Shown here piece by piece: positions 15,395-24,247 of a stretch of DNA of 27,850 nt. Position numbers and translations under genes: made by a program. Origin of the DNA: a virus (lineage: Duplodnaviria; Caudoviricetes); IMG/VR virus record IMGVR_UViG_3300005805_000367, positions 1 to 27,850 of that record, one strand, 5' to 3'. Every line of letters starts with the position of its first letter. Position 1 is the stretch's first letter. The notes below the pieces were generated by a model. The model made no database searches. It had not been told where the DNA came from and saw only the letters and a list, made by a program, of their open reading frames with translations.

Positions 15395-16342
15395 ATGACC
15401 CAGTTTCGTACCTACGCCGCAGTTGGCCTGCGGGAAGACCTGTCGGATGTGATCTACAACATCTCTCCGACCGACACGCCTTTCATGAGCACGATTGGCA
15501 AGACCAAGGCTACCGCTGTCTACCACGAGTGGCAAACGGACTCCCTGGCTGCTGCCGCCGCAAACGCCGCGGTTGAAGGTGCTGACGCTTCGACGGCCAC
15601 CCTGTCTGCTTCTGTCCGTGTGGGTAACCGCACCCAGATCAGCCAGAAGACCATCGGCATCACCGGCACTCTGGAGGCTGTTAACAAGGCTGGCCGTAAG
15701 TCTGAAATGGCTTACCAGTTGGCTAAGGCCTCGAGCGAGATCAAGCGCGACATGGAGTTCACGCTGTTGAACAACACCGTACAGAGCAACGGAACCGCTG
15801 GTTCTTCTGCTCGTGTGTTGGGTGGCCTCCAGACCTGGTTGGCTACGAACGGCGACTTCGGCTCGGGTGGCTCTGCTGGCGCGTCCGGCACGACCGCTCG
15901 TACCAACGGCACGAACCGCACTTTCACCGAGACGGAACTCAAGACCGTCATCAAGGAAGTGTTCGAGTCTGGTGGCTCGCCCAAGGTGTTGATGGTTACG
16001 CCTGCCCACAAGCAGACCGTATCTGCCTTCGCCGGTATCGCTGCCCAGCGCTTCATGGCTCCCGCCGACGCTCCCACGACCATCATCGGCGCTGCTGATG
16101 TGTACCTGTCGGACTTCGGCTCGGTCAGCGTGGTTCCCAACCGCTTCATGCTGTCGGGCAACTCTGCCAACGAGGTGGCTTTCGTTCTCGACCCCGAGTA
16201 CGCAGCCGTTGCTTACTTGCGTCCGTTCCAGACCGTTGATCTCGCTATCAACGGCGACAGCGAGCGCAAGCAGTTGCTGGTTGAGTACACCCTCGAGGTG
16301 AAGAATGAGGCTGCTCATGGGATTGTGGCAGACCTTTCGTAA
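15395..16342 (+). CDS. Major capsid protein (DUF5309/SU10-like HK97 fold)
   Basis: GLREDLSDVIYNISPTDTPF, HEWQTDSL, N.TQI, EIKRDME and EYTLEVKNE motifs. Strong codon bias. Confidence 0.93.
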   Translation: MTQFRTYAAVGLREDLSDVIYNISPTDTPFMSTIGKTKATAVYHEWQTDSLAAAAANAAVEGADASTATLSASVRVGNRTQISQKTIGITGTLEAVNKAGRKSEMAYQLAKASSEIKRDMEFTLLNNTVQSNGTAGSSARVLGGLQTWLATNGDFGSGGSAGASGTTARTNGTNRTFTETELKTVIKEVFESGGSPKVLMVTPAHKQTVSAFAGIAAQRFMAPADAPTTIIGAADVYLSDFGSVSVVPNRFMLSGNSANEVAFVLDPEYAAVAYLRPFQTVDLAINGDSERKQLLVEYTLEVKNEAAHGIVADLS

Positions 16343-16367
16343 CACAGGTCAGTATCTGATCTGATAT

Positions 16368-16402
16368 AATGCCCCGGTGTGTAACAGCATCGGGGCATTT
16401 TC
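16368..16402 (+). terminator. Hairpin/terminator after capsid gene, abutting HNH start
   Basis: AATGCCCCGGTG...CATCGGGGCATT then TTC ATG. TGnTATAAT overlaps the 5' arm. Confidence 0.6.
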
Positions 16403-16972
16403 ATGTGCACTATTAGTGGTTGCGATAACGCTATCTACGCAAAAGGTTTGTGCCATAAGCACTATCAACGGTTTAGAAAGTACGGAGACCCAAACGGAGG
16501 GGTTAAGAATCACGCTCCTCTTGAAGAGCGATTCTGGAGATTTGTCCAAAAGTCTGATGGCTGCTGGATCTGGACTGGAAACAAGTCTGGGCCTGGGTAT
16601 GGAAGAATTGCTATCGGGCCAAAAGAGGTAGGTTATGTGCAAGCACATCGCCTGTCTTGGGAGATGCATAACAAGCAGCAGATTCAAGACGGAATGGTGG
16701 TAATGCACAAGTGTGACAACCCGAGTTGTGTGAATCCATCTCACTTGATGGTTGGATCGTACAAAGAGAACACGCAAGACATGATTGCAAAGGGGCGCAA
16801 GCGAACTGTGGCCCCAGTAGGTGAAGAAAATGGCAAGGCAGTGCTTACGATAGAGCAAGCCAGAGAAGTTAAGCAAAGTAACCTGTCAATGGCGGCTCTT
16901 GCGCGTAAGTTTGGGGTATCGCCAAATTGCATTCGTGGCGTTAGGATTGGAAGGACATGGAAGCACATATGA
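16403..16972 (+). CDS. Free-standing HNH homing endonuclease
   Basis: N-terminal C..C...C..H finger, CWIWTG...GYG...AHRLSW...VMHKCDNPSCVNPSHL...EN, and a C-terminal HTH. Confidence 0.93.
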   Translation: MCTISGCDNAIYAKGLCHKHYQRFRKYGDPNGGVKNHAPLEERFWRFVQKSDGCWIWTGNKSGPGYGRIAIGPKEVGYVQAHRLSWEMHNKQQIQDGMVVMHKCDNPSCVNPSHLMVGSYKENTQDMIAKGRKRTVAPVGEENGKAVLTIEQAREVKQSNLSMAALARKFGVSPNCIRGVRIGRTWKHI

Positions 16973-17298
16973 ACATCAACGAACTGGCAAAGCAAAACAA
17001 CTTCCGCTCGCGTAAGGCGCATTTCCTTGATGATGAGAAGGTGGTCATCGAGACCGCCCAAGACGTCAGCGAAATCGTTGAGGACAACCGTCGCGCATTC
17101 AACTCATACGATGAGAGAGCGAGGTGGTCAGACAACCTGTTTGGCAATAAAATAGCCAGTATCCCGCTGACGGTAATTGACCAGCTGAACAAGGACGGAA
17201 TCATGCGGGGGTTTCACGTCATTGACCAGACAAGATTTAAGCACTGGCTGAACAACCCTGACAACCGAGCATTCCGCACACGCCCAGGGAGGGTGTAA
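16969..17298 (+). CDS. Virion-module protein of unknown function
   Basis: ATGA overlap. QDVSEI..N, IASIP and WLNNPDNRAFRT motifs. Lies between capsid and adaptor genes. Confidence 0.7.
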   Translation: MNINELAKQNNFRSRKAHFLDDEKVVIETAQDVSEIVEDNRRAFNSYDERARWSDNLFGNKIASIPLTVIDQLNKDGIMRGFHVIDQTRFKHWLNNPDNRAFRTRPGRV

Positions 17299-17918
17299 TG
17301 GCACTCGCAACCTACTCAGATCTCAAGACCACCATCGCCAACTACCTGGCGCGGTCTGATCTGACGTCTCAAATTCCAGACTTCATCACCCTCGCGGAGA
17401 ACCGCTTGCGCCGTGAGCTGCGTACCAGAAAGATGCTTAAACTGGTCAGCGCAACCATGACGGCAAACGACTCAACGATGGGCCTGCCGAGCGACTTCCT
17501 GCAACTGCGGGACATCCATATCTCGGCCACACCAGTCCACAATATGCAGTTTCTGAGTCCATCGTTGTTTTTCCGCAACGCCAGGACGACAGATACAGGG
17601 TTACCACGGATGTACACGATCCTGGATGCGGAGTTCCAGTTTGGCCCCATCCCGGACAGCAACTACACCACTCGGATGCTGTACTACGCAGCCCCGACGT
17701 ATCTGAGCGACTCAAACACCAGTAACGTCTTCTTGGCTAACTACCCTGATGCGCTGATTTATGCATCCTTGGGTGAGGCAGAGCCGTACCTGATGAACGA
17801 TGAGCGGCTTGGTACTTGGGCCGCCATGTATCAGCGGGCAATTGATGCAATTTCTACGTCGGACGAGGGTGAAGAGTACTCCGGCGTGCCTCTCGCAATG
17901 ACTGTTTCTAGGAGCTAA
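17298..17918 (+). CDS. Head-tail adaptor protein
   Basis: TYSDLKTTIANYLAR.DLT.QIPDFI.LAE, LPSDF, G.P..Y, PIPD and YPDALIY motifs, plus position. Confidence 0.8.
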   Translation: MALATYSDLKTTIANYLARSDLTSQIPDFITLAENRLRRELRTRKMLKLVSATMTANDSTMGLPSDFLQLRDIHISATPVHNMQFLSPSLFFRNARTTDTGLPRMYTILDAEFQFGPIPDSNYTTRMLYYAAPTYLSDSNTSNVFLANYPDALIYASLGEAEPYLMNDERLGTWAAMYQRAIDAISTSDEGEEYSGVPLAMTVSRS

Positions 17919-17920
17919 AC

Positions 17921-18307
17921 ATGGCCGAAATGAGTAACTATCTGGAAGATGCGCTGATAAACGCAACCCTGCGTAATACCGCATACACCAGCCCAACAAC
18001 GGTCTACCTGGCCCTGTACACCACCGACCCCACGGACGCCGACACTGGAACCGAGGTCTCTGGCAACGCTTACGCACGGCAGTCAATCACCTTTGGCGCT
18101 CCAAGCAACGGGGTGAGCACCAACACGGCGGCCATCGAGTTCCCGCAGGCCACTGGCTCCTGGGGGACGGTTGCGTACATCGGCATCCGAGACGCATCGT
18201 CTGCCGGTAACCTGCTGTATCACACTGCCCTGGACGCCTCCAAGACCATCGCCACGGGTGATGTGTTTCGGGTTGCGATTGGCTCACTGAGCGTGACGCT
18301 GGCCTAA
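17921..18307 (+). CDS. Virion structural / fibre-associated protein
   Basis: SNYLE, YLALYT.DP, EVSG..YARQ, FP.ATGSWGT and GNLL motifs. Beta-rich. Confidence 0.7.
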   Translation: MAEMSNYLEDALINATLRNTAYTSPTTVYLALYTTDPTDADTGTEVSGNAYARQSITFGAPSNGVSTNTAAIEFPQATGSWGTVAYIGIRDASSAGNLLYHTALDASKTIATGDVFRVAIGSLSVTLA

Positions 18308-19194
18308 TGGCTGATCTGCTGCCACCGTGGAGCATTGACTCCCTTGATAACCTCAAGGCGAGCCTGGATGACCTCACGCTCACGCTGGACAGCCCGCTCT
18401 ATGAGACCTCGGTCACCCGTTGGGACGCCTATGGCTCGGTCAGTTCATCTGCGAGTGTTGCGTGTGACGCTACACGGGTGCAGGCTGGCTCCGCATCTGT
18501 TACCTGCTCGGCAAGCGTATCTTGCGATGCCCAGCGGGTACAACTTGCAGACGCATCGATAAGTGCTGCTGCCTCAGTAACCGCAGATGCAACGAGAGTC
18601 CAGTATGGTGACGCGCAAATCACAGCAACCGCAAGTGTCTCCTGCGACATCCAGCGAATCCTTGACGGGCAGGCCAACGTCACTTGCGACGCCTCGGTCT
18701 CCTGCGTTGGCGGGATCGTCAAGGACGGATCAGCCGCAGTCACGGCAGACGCCAGCGTTACTGCTGAAGGGATACGGGTTCAGCAAGGCGCAGCCCATGT
18801 AACAGCAGACGCCACAGTAGCGGCATCGTCCACTGTAGTAAAGGAAGCATCTGCCCAGGTAGACGCCCAGGCAACAATCACCTGCGATGCAGACCTGATT
18901 GCTGGTGGATCTGCCTCGGTCTCTGCGGTGGCCGAGGTCTCGATCTACGCAAACGCCACATTCTCTGGTGTTGCGTATATCAATTGCGATACAACAGCGG
19001 TGTGCGATGGCAGGATCATCGGAGACGAGTGGGGGCCTGTAAGCCCAACGGCGCAGTCTTGGACGCTAATCACGCCAACGAGCACTGTGTGGACGGATGT
19101 CGCTGAAGAATCAACAACCTGGACAGATGTTCCTGAAGGGATAACTGTCTGGACACAAGTTAGCCCGACGAGCACGACATGGAACAACGCATAA
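18307..19194 (+). CDS. Repeat-containing structural protein (fibre/spike shaft-like)
   Basis: About 10 tandem 20-aa repeats (VQxGxAxVTxxASVxxDAxR) and C-terminal 10-aa W repeats. Confidence 0.7.
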   Translation: MADLLPPWSIDSLDNLKASLDDLTLTLDSPLYETSVTRWDAYGSVSSSASVACDATRVQAGSASVTCSASVSCDAQRVQLADASISAAASVTADATRVQYGDAQITATASVSCDIQRILDGQANVTCDASVSCVGGIVKDGSAAVTADASVTAEGIRVQQGAAHVTADATVAASSTVVKEASAQVDAQATITCDADLIAGGSASVSAVAEVSIYANATFSGVAYINCDTTAVCDGRIIGDEWGPVSPTAQSWTLITPTSTVWTDVAEESTTWTDVPEGITVWTQVSPTSTTWNNA

Positions 19195-20600
19195 CTTTCG
19201 GAGAGTGGCTTCCTGACCAGCCCGGCATGACTGGGGCACTGCAAAACGCCAAGAATGTCGTGGCGCAGAGCACTGGCTACGGGCCGCTACCAGATATCAC
19301 GGACTACTCGCTTGCTGCGTCTGAGAACCTCAACGCTGTGGCCGCTGGAAAGATCTCACTGAGCACGACACTATTTGCTGGTGGGCCTACCAAGCTATTC
19401 AAGTTCGATAGCAATGACCGCTCACTTGATGATGTTAGCAAGACTGGTGGATACACTGGGTCTGTACCTTGGAAGTTCACGCAGTTTGGCAAGGTGCTGA
19501 TTGCTGCTAACGGAACCGAGAAGCTACAAGCGTGGACTCTTGGTGTGTCAGCAGCATTTGCAGACCTTGATGCGTCTGCCCCAAATGCCAGGTTCGTGAC
19601 CGTAGTGCGAGACTTCGTTGTGGCCGCCAGAGGCCCATCGAACACCAACCGCGTCTATTGGTCTGACATCAACGATGAGACCGACTGGACGTCTGGGCCT
19701 GCAAGCCAGTCCGACTATCAGGACATTCCCGATGGTGGAGACATACAGGGTATTACTGGTGGAGAGTACGGGCTTATTCTGTGCGAGAGATCAATCTCCA
19801 GAATGTCGTACATCGGCGCTCCGCTGTTTTTCCAATTCGACACAATCTCATCAACTTTAGGTTGCTACGAGCCTGGCAGCGTCGCACAATACGGCCCGCT
19901 GACGTTCTTCCTGAGCGACGACGGGTTCTATATGTGCAACGGACAAACCGTCACGCCGATAGGCAACGAGAAGGTAGACCGCTGGTTCTGGAACGACGTC
20001 AGCCCCTCAAACATCACTCAGATGTCTGCTGCCATTGATCCACTCAAGAAGGTGGTGATCTGGTGCTACCCAAACACCAGTGTTGGAACTAGCCTGCTGA
20101 TGTACAACTGGCAGATTGGCCGCTGGACGTATGGAATCACAACTGCCGACTATGTCGCATCGCTTTCAACGGCAGGCGTGACGCTCGAGGGCTTGGATAC
20201 CTACTCAGCCTCAATTGACGCCTTGGATGTGTCTTTGGATAGCAGGCAGTGGGCCGGTGGCCGGTTGCTGTTTGGTGGTGTTAGAGACGCCAAGATTGTC
20301 ACGTTTACTGGAGAGTCTTCTGCTGCCATCATCGACACTGGTGATATTGGTAACGGACTCCAGTCCGTAGTCCGATTGGCCCGCCCAGTTATTGATGGCG
20401 GGTCGTCAACTGTTGCGATTGCGTCCAGAGACCTGCTGAGCGACATCATCTCATTTGGTACGGCATCTAGCCCAGACGATGACAATCGCGTATCCCTGAG
20501 AAGCTCTGGCAGATACCACCGTCTAAGATTTGTCCCGTCTGGTCAGTGGACTACTATGGCCGGAACTGACATAGATATCGTTCCTCGCGGGAGACGCTGA
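19179..20600 (+). CDS. Tail nozzle / packaged-DNA stabilisation protein (P22 gp10-like)
   Basis: 473 aa with FGEWLPD start, beta-propeller-like pattern (RVYWSD, FFLSDDGFY, IGNEKVDRWF), and position. Confidence 0.8.
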   Translation: MEQRITFGEWLPDQPGMTGALQNAKNVVAQSTGYGPLPDITDYSLAASENLNAVAAGKISLSTTLFAGGPTKLFKFDSNDRSLDDVSKTGGYTGSVPWKFTQFGKVLIAANGTEKLQAWTLGVSAAFADLDASAPNARFVTVVRDFVVAARGPSNTNRVYWSDINDETDWTSGPASQSDYQDIPDGGDIQGITGGEYGLILCERSISRMSYIGAPLFFQFDTISSTLGCYEPGSVAQYGPLTFFLSDDGFYMCNGQTVTPIGNEKVDRWFWNDVSPSNITQMSAAIDPLKKVVIWCYPNTSVGTSLLMYNWQIGRWTYGITTADYVASLSTAGVTLEGLDTYSASIDALDVSLDSRQWAGGRLLFGGVRDAKIVTFTGESSAAIIDTGDIGNGLQSVVRLARPVIDGGSSTVAIASRDLLSDIISFGTASSPDDDNRVSLRSSGRYHRLRFVPSGQWTTMAGTDIDIVPRGRR

Positions 20601-21394
20601 TGTTTCGCGGTCTTCCACCGTATGGCTCAGACCCCCGTGTCGTAGCGGAGGTCGTAAATAACCTATTAAGGGGTAAGTCCAACAATGTGGGGGAGATTAC
20701 TCTCGCCACTGGGGATGCAACCACAACGACCCTATACGACCCGAATATCAGCCCAGAGTCGATCATCCTGATCCTGCCAGCCTCGAGCGCGGCATTTACT
20801 GACTCGACTCCCTATGGAGCATTTCAGGACACAACAGACCAGGCTGCGGCATCCACGACAACGGCATATGCTGTCACATTCAATACGACAGACTTCTCCA
20901 ACGGGGTCTCGGTTGCAAGCAACTCCAGGATTACGGTAAAGAGCTACGGTATATATAACGTACAGTTCAGCATCCAATACACAAACACCGACACCCAGAT
21001 TCAGGATGTGGATATCTGGTTTTCCAAGAACGGCACAAATGTCGCAGGTTCTAATAGTCGGTACTCAGTACCCAACTCCCACGGTGGGACTGACGGCCAC
21101 CTGATTGCTGCGCTGAACTTTTGGATTGAGTTGAATGCCAACGATTATGTGGAGATCTACTGGAGAACCACATCGACAAACGTGCGGATTGAGCAGATAC
21201 CTGCCCAGACCACCCCGACGAGACCGTCAACCCCGTCGGCCATTGTGACGGTAAATTTCGTGTCCTCCAACGGCACAAACGCAGCTGGGGACTACGGGGT
21301 GTACGCCAGCTCGCAGGATTACGGGAGCGCCGTCCTGACGCACTTTGCGAACAGCACGGCCAATAAGACCTATAAATATGTAGTAATCGGATGA
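20600..21394 (+). CDS. Structural protein with C1q/TNF-like domain
   Basis: YGAF...VTFN...RITV..GIYNVQFS...KNG...LNANDYVEIY jelly-roll pattern. Confidence 0.6.
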   Translation: MFRGLPPYGSDPRVVAEVVNNLLRGKSNNVGEITLATGDATTTTLYDPNISPESIILILPASSAAFTDSTPYGAFQDTTDQAAASTTTAYAVTFNTTDFSNGVSVASNSRITVKSYGIYNVQFSIQYTNTDTQIQDVDIWFSKNGTNVAGSNSRYSVPNSHGGTDGHLIAALNFWIELNANDYVEIYWRTTSTNVRIEQIPAQTTPTRPSTPSAIVTVNFVSSNGTNAAGDYGVYASSQDYGSAVLTHFANSTANKTYKYVVIG

Positions 21395-21786
21395 ATCCCT
21401 CTTTCATTCCTCCTGAAAGTCTGAGAGAATGGTGGGGATTCGTCCGTCCGGGTTTACTTGAGATCCTCAAGAAAAGCCCAGAGCAGTGGATTCCAGAGGA
21501 TGTCTACGCAGACTGCTGGAACCAAAAATCGATGCTCTGGATCGCCCAGGTGGATGCAAGGCCAGTCGGGTTTGCGGTGCTGCAACCCAAGGGAACCACG
21601 CTCCATGTGTGGTGCGTCCACTTTACCGAGCATGGACACATCCCCGCTGGCTTGCAGCATCTCATGCAGATCGCCAAGCAGGGTGGGGCAAGTGTAGTGA
21701 CATTTGACTCCTGGCGTCCTGGTTGGGACAGGCAGGCCCGAAAACTAGGTTTCAAGCCCCGTAGTTGGGCTATGGAGGTTTTATGA
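21391..21786 (+). CDS. GNAT-fold-like virion assembly protein
   Basis: PVGFAVL...LHVW...AKQGG...RPGW...LGF pattern, in the position before the ejection proteins. Confidence 0.55.
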   Translation: MNPSFIPPESLREWWGFVRPGLLEILKKSPEQWIPEDVYADCWNQKSMLWIAQVDARPVGFAVLQPKGTTLHVWCVHFTEHGHIPAGLQHLMQIAKQGGASVVTFDSWRPGWDRQARKLGFKPRSWAMEVL

Positions 21787-22601
21787 GCGGTGGATCAAAG
21801 ACGCAAACCAGCGTCACACAATTAGACCCAACGGTTAAGCCGTTTGTTGAGTATGGACTGCAAGAGTCCAAGCGCCTATATCAGCAGGGCGCTCCAGGCT
21901 ACTACCCTGGACAGACCTACATCGGCCCATCTCAACAAACGCAGCAGGCTCTCCAGGCCACTCAGATGCGGGCTATGATGGGGTCTCCTCTTACTGGGGC
22001 CGCGCAGAGTCAGGCTTATAAGACTGTTTCTGGTGATTATCTAAGTGGAAACCCTTTCTTTGAGGGTGCGTTCCAACCTGCGGCAAAGGCAGCTCAGACC
22101 TCTTTCTTTGATGCAATGCAGCAAGTCGGGTCTCGAGCATCTAGTTCTGGTCGCTACGGATCTGGAGCGATGGGTCAACTTCAAGACCGTGCGTCTGGGC
22201 AATTTGCAACCACACTGGCCGACACCGCAGGAAAGCTGGCATACGAGAACTATGCCCAAGAACGTGCCCGCCAACAGGCGATGATTGGGGCTGCGCCGTC
22301 TCTAGCAGAGGCTGATTACGCGGATATCGACCGCTTGGCAAGGGCTGGACAACTTGGCGAGCAGTATGCCCAACAAGCGTTGCAGGCCGATATTGATCGG
22401 TACAACTACCTACAAAACGCTCCGCAAGCTCAGTTGCAGCAGTACCTGTCTGCGGCTTATGGTTCTCCACAGGGCGGGACATCAACCATAACCACTCCAA
22501 GAAACCCGCTCGCTGGCGCGTTGGGTGGGGCAGCAACTGGTGGGTCTATTGGTGGTGTGCCTGGGGCTATTATTGGTGGCTTGCTAGGTGGCTTCCTGTG
22601 A
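21783..22601 (+). CDS. Internal virion / DNA ejection protein
   Basis: GGAGG SD and MSGGS start. Q/A/G-rich with a Gly-zipper hydrophobic C-terminus. Confidence 0.75.
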   Translation: MSGGSKTQTSVTQLDPTVKPFVEYGLQESKRLYQQGAPGYYPGQTYIGPSQQTQQALQATQMRAMMGSPLTGAAQSQAYKTVSGDYLSGNPFFEGAFQPAAKAAQTSFFDAMQQVGSRASSSGRYGSGAMGQLQDRASGQFATTLADTAGKLAYENYAQERARQQAMIGAAPSLAEADYADIDRLARAGQLGEQYAQQALQADIDRYNYLQNAPQAQLQQYLSAAYGSPQGGTSTITTPRNPLAGALGGAATGGSIGGVPGAIIGGLLGGFL

Positions 22602-22628
22602 TTGTTTTGGCATCTCTGGGAGGCTGAT

Positions 22629-23018
22629 ATGTTGGACGAATTGCTAAAGTCGCTGTTTGCGATGGGTGATACAGCAACCGCATCGCAGTTTGTTGGTGCA
22701 CAAAACCCTTACCAGGGAGACCCTGTCAAGGCATTGATGCTGTCTGACGCGGGGTATGGCCCAGGCATGAGTGGGTTACAGACATCAATCTACGACAAGA
22801 CAATTGGTCTGACTGGTTTCCCGCAGTTGGCTGCACTGCTGTCTGGATCTGGAAGCACTGACCTGACACCGCTACAGATTGCTGCACAAACCTATAGGCC
22901 ACAAGCCACACCAACCCCGCAAAGCGGCAGGTTGAGTCGTGGAAACCCGAATGTCGACTTGATGCGTGTTGCCAAGCTCATGGAGATGGCAAAGCGTAAG
23001 CGTCCCTCACTTCTTTGA
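22629..23018 (+). CDS. Hypothetical protein, probable internal virion protein
   Basis: GGGAGG SD before ATG 22629. Lies within the ejection module. Confidence 0.6.
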   Translation: MLDELLKSLFAMGDTATASQFVGAQNPYQGDPVKALMLSDAGYGPGMSGLQTSIYDKTIGLTGFPQLAALLSGSGSTDLTPLQIAAQTYRPQATPTPQSGRLSRGNPNVDLMRVAKLMEMAKRKRPSLL

Positions 23019-23026
23019 GGATAAAA

Positions 23027-24247
23027 ATGGACGGAATCTACAATCTTTTTGGAACTGCGCCATCGTACCTTCCTGGCTTGCTTGGTGAGGATGAGGCGCG
23101 TCGATTGCAGGAACAGTCTCGCAGGGCTGGGCTTGCAGGACTTGGCCTGTCATTGCTGTCTGGCGGTGGTCAAAATCTAGGACAGATGCTGGCTCAGGGA
23201 GTGGCTGCCGGTCAGCAAGCGTCCCGCAATGCCTACGAGCAGGCAGTCAAGGACAAGATGCTGCAACAGCAACTCGCAGAGCAGCAACAGGCCCGCCAAG
23301 AGGCACTGGCCGCAAGACAGATCCTGCCGACACTGATCCGTCCTGCTCAGCAAAAGATGTACGGAGAAATTGGCGAGGTAACTACTGTCGGCCAGCCTCA
23401 ACTAGATGTTGGTGCGCTATCTCAATTGTTTGCGACATCCCCAAATATTGCAGCCAAAATACTCCCGTCTGTGGAGGCGTTCAGGAAGTTTACTGCTCCT
23501 GAGCGCATCAAGTTAGGGGCTGAAGAGACTTTGACGGAGATCGGGCCTGACGGAGAACCTCGTGTGGTTGCTCGTGGGGCTGGAAAGCCAGAAAAACTAA
23601 CATCTGATGTTCAAAACTACCAAGAGGCCGTTAGACAAGGATTCAAAGGATCGTTTTTTGATTATCAAACAGCCTTAAAGAGAGCTGGCGCACAGCAGGT
23701 GAATTTGCCCCCAGCAGAGAAAGCATTTGACACCAAGGCCGGTGGTTTGATTGCTGAGACATACGGCGATGTGATGAAGCAAGGTACTGTAGCAAGCAGA
23801 AATCTTGGCACATTAACAAGACTTGAGTCTCTGCTTGATAAAACTGGCGGTGGCCTTGTGACGGCATTGCAAAGTTTTGCAGGCCAATATGGTATTAAGA
23901 GCAAGGGCAGCGGAGATATTGAGGCTGCTCAGGCTGTTATTAGTCGGCTTGTTCCAGAGCAGCGCGCTCCTGGTTCTGGAAATATGTCTGATAGAGATAT
24001 TGTGTTATTCAAGGCTGCTCTGCCGAACCTTATCAATACGCCTGAAGGTAACAGGAAAATTCTTGAGGCAATGCGTGGCATTGTTGAGTACGACATCAAA
24101 GCAGCACAAATTGCTAAGGATGTTCTAACGCGCAAAATAACGCAGGAAGAAGGAGATAACCGCTTAGGTAGATTGCGTAACCCATTAGAGTCATTCAGAA
24201 GTAGTGCGCGCCTTAAGTACAACCCAGAAACAGGGAGGCTTGAGTAA
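23027..24247 (+). CDS. DNA ejection protein (P22 gp20-like position)
   Basis: GAGGA SD. Helical, Q/A-rich, with an N-terminal Gly/Leu hydrophobic patch. Confidence 0.7.
   Translation: MDGIYNLFGTAPSYLPGLLGEDEARRLQEQSRRAGLAGLGLSLLSGGGQNLGQMLAQGVAAGQQASRNAYEQAVKDKMLQQQLAEQQQARQEALAARQILPTLIRPAQQKMYGEIGEVTTVGQPQLDVGALSQLFATSPNIAAKILPSVEAFRKFTAPERIKLGAEETLTEIGPDGEPRVVARGAGKPEKLTSDVQNYQEAVRQGFKGSFFDYQTALKRAGAQQVNLPPAEKAFDTKAGGLIAETYGDVMKQGTVASRNLGTLTRLESLLDKTGGGLVTALQSFAGQYGIKSKGSGDIEAAQAVISRLVPEQRAPGSGNMSDRDIVLFKAALPNLINTPEGNRKILEAMRGIVEYDIKAAQIAKDVLTRKITQEEGDNRLGRLRNPLESFRSSARLKYNPETGRLE

Noticed and set aside
15380-16345. 321-aa minus-strand ORF
   Set aside because: Exact antisense shadow of the capsid gene, explained by its strong codon bias. 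No protein-like motifs.
16343-16972. HNH as part of a group I intron or intein
   Set aside because: Both flanking genes appear complete and there is too little non-coding sequence for a ribozyme core.
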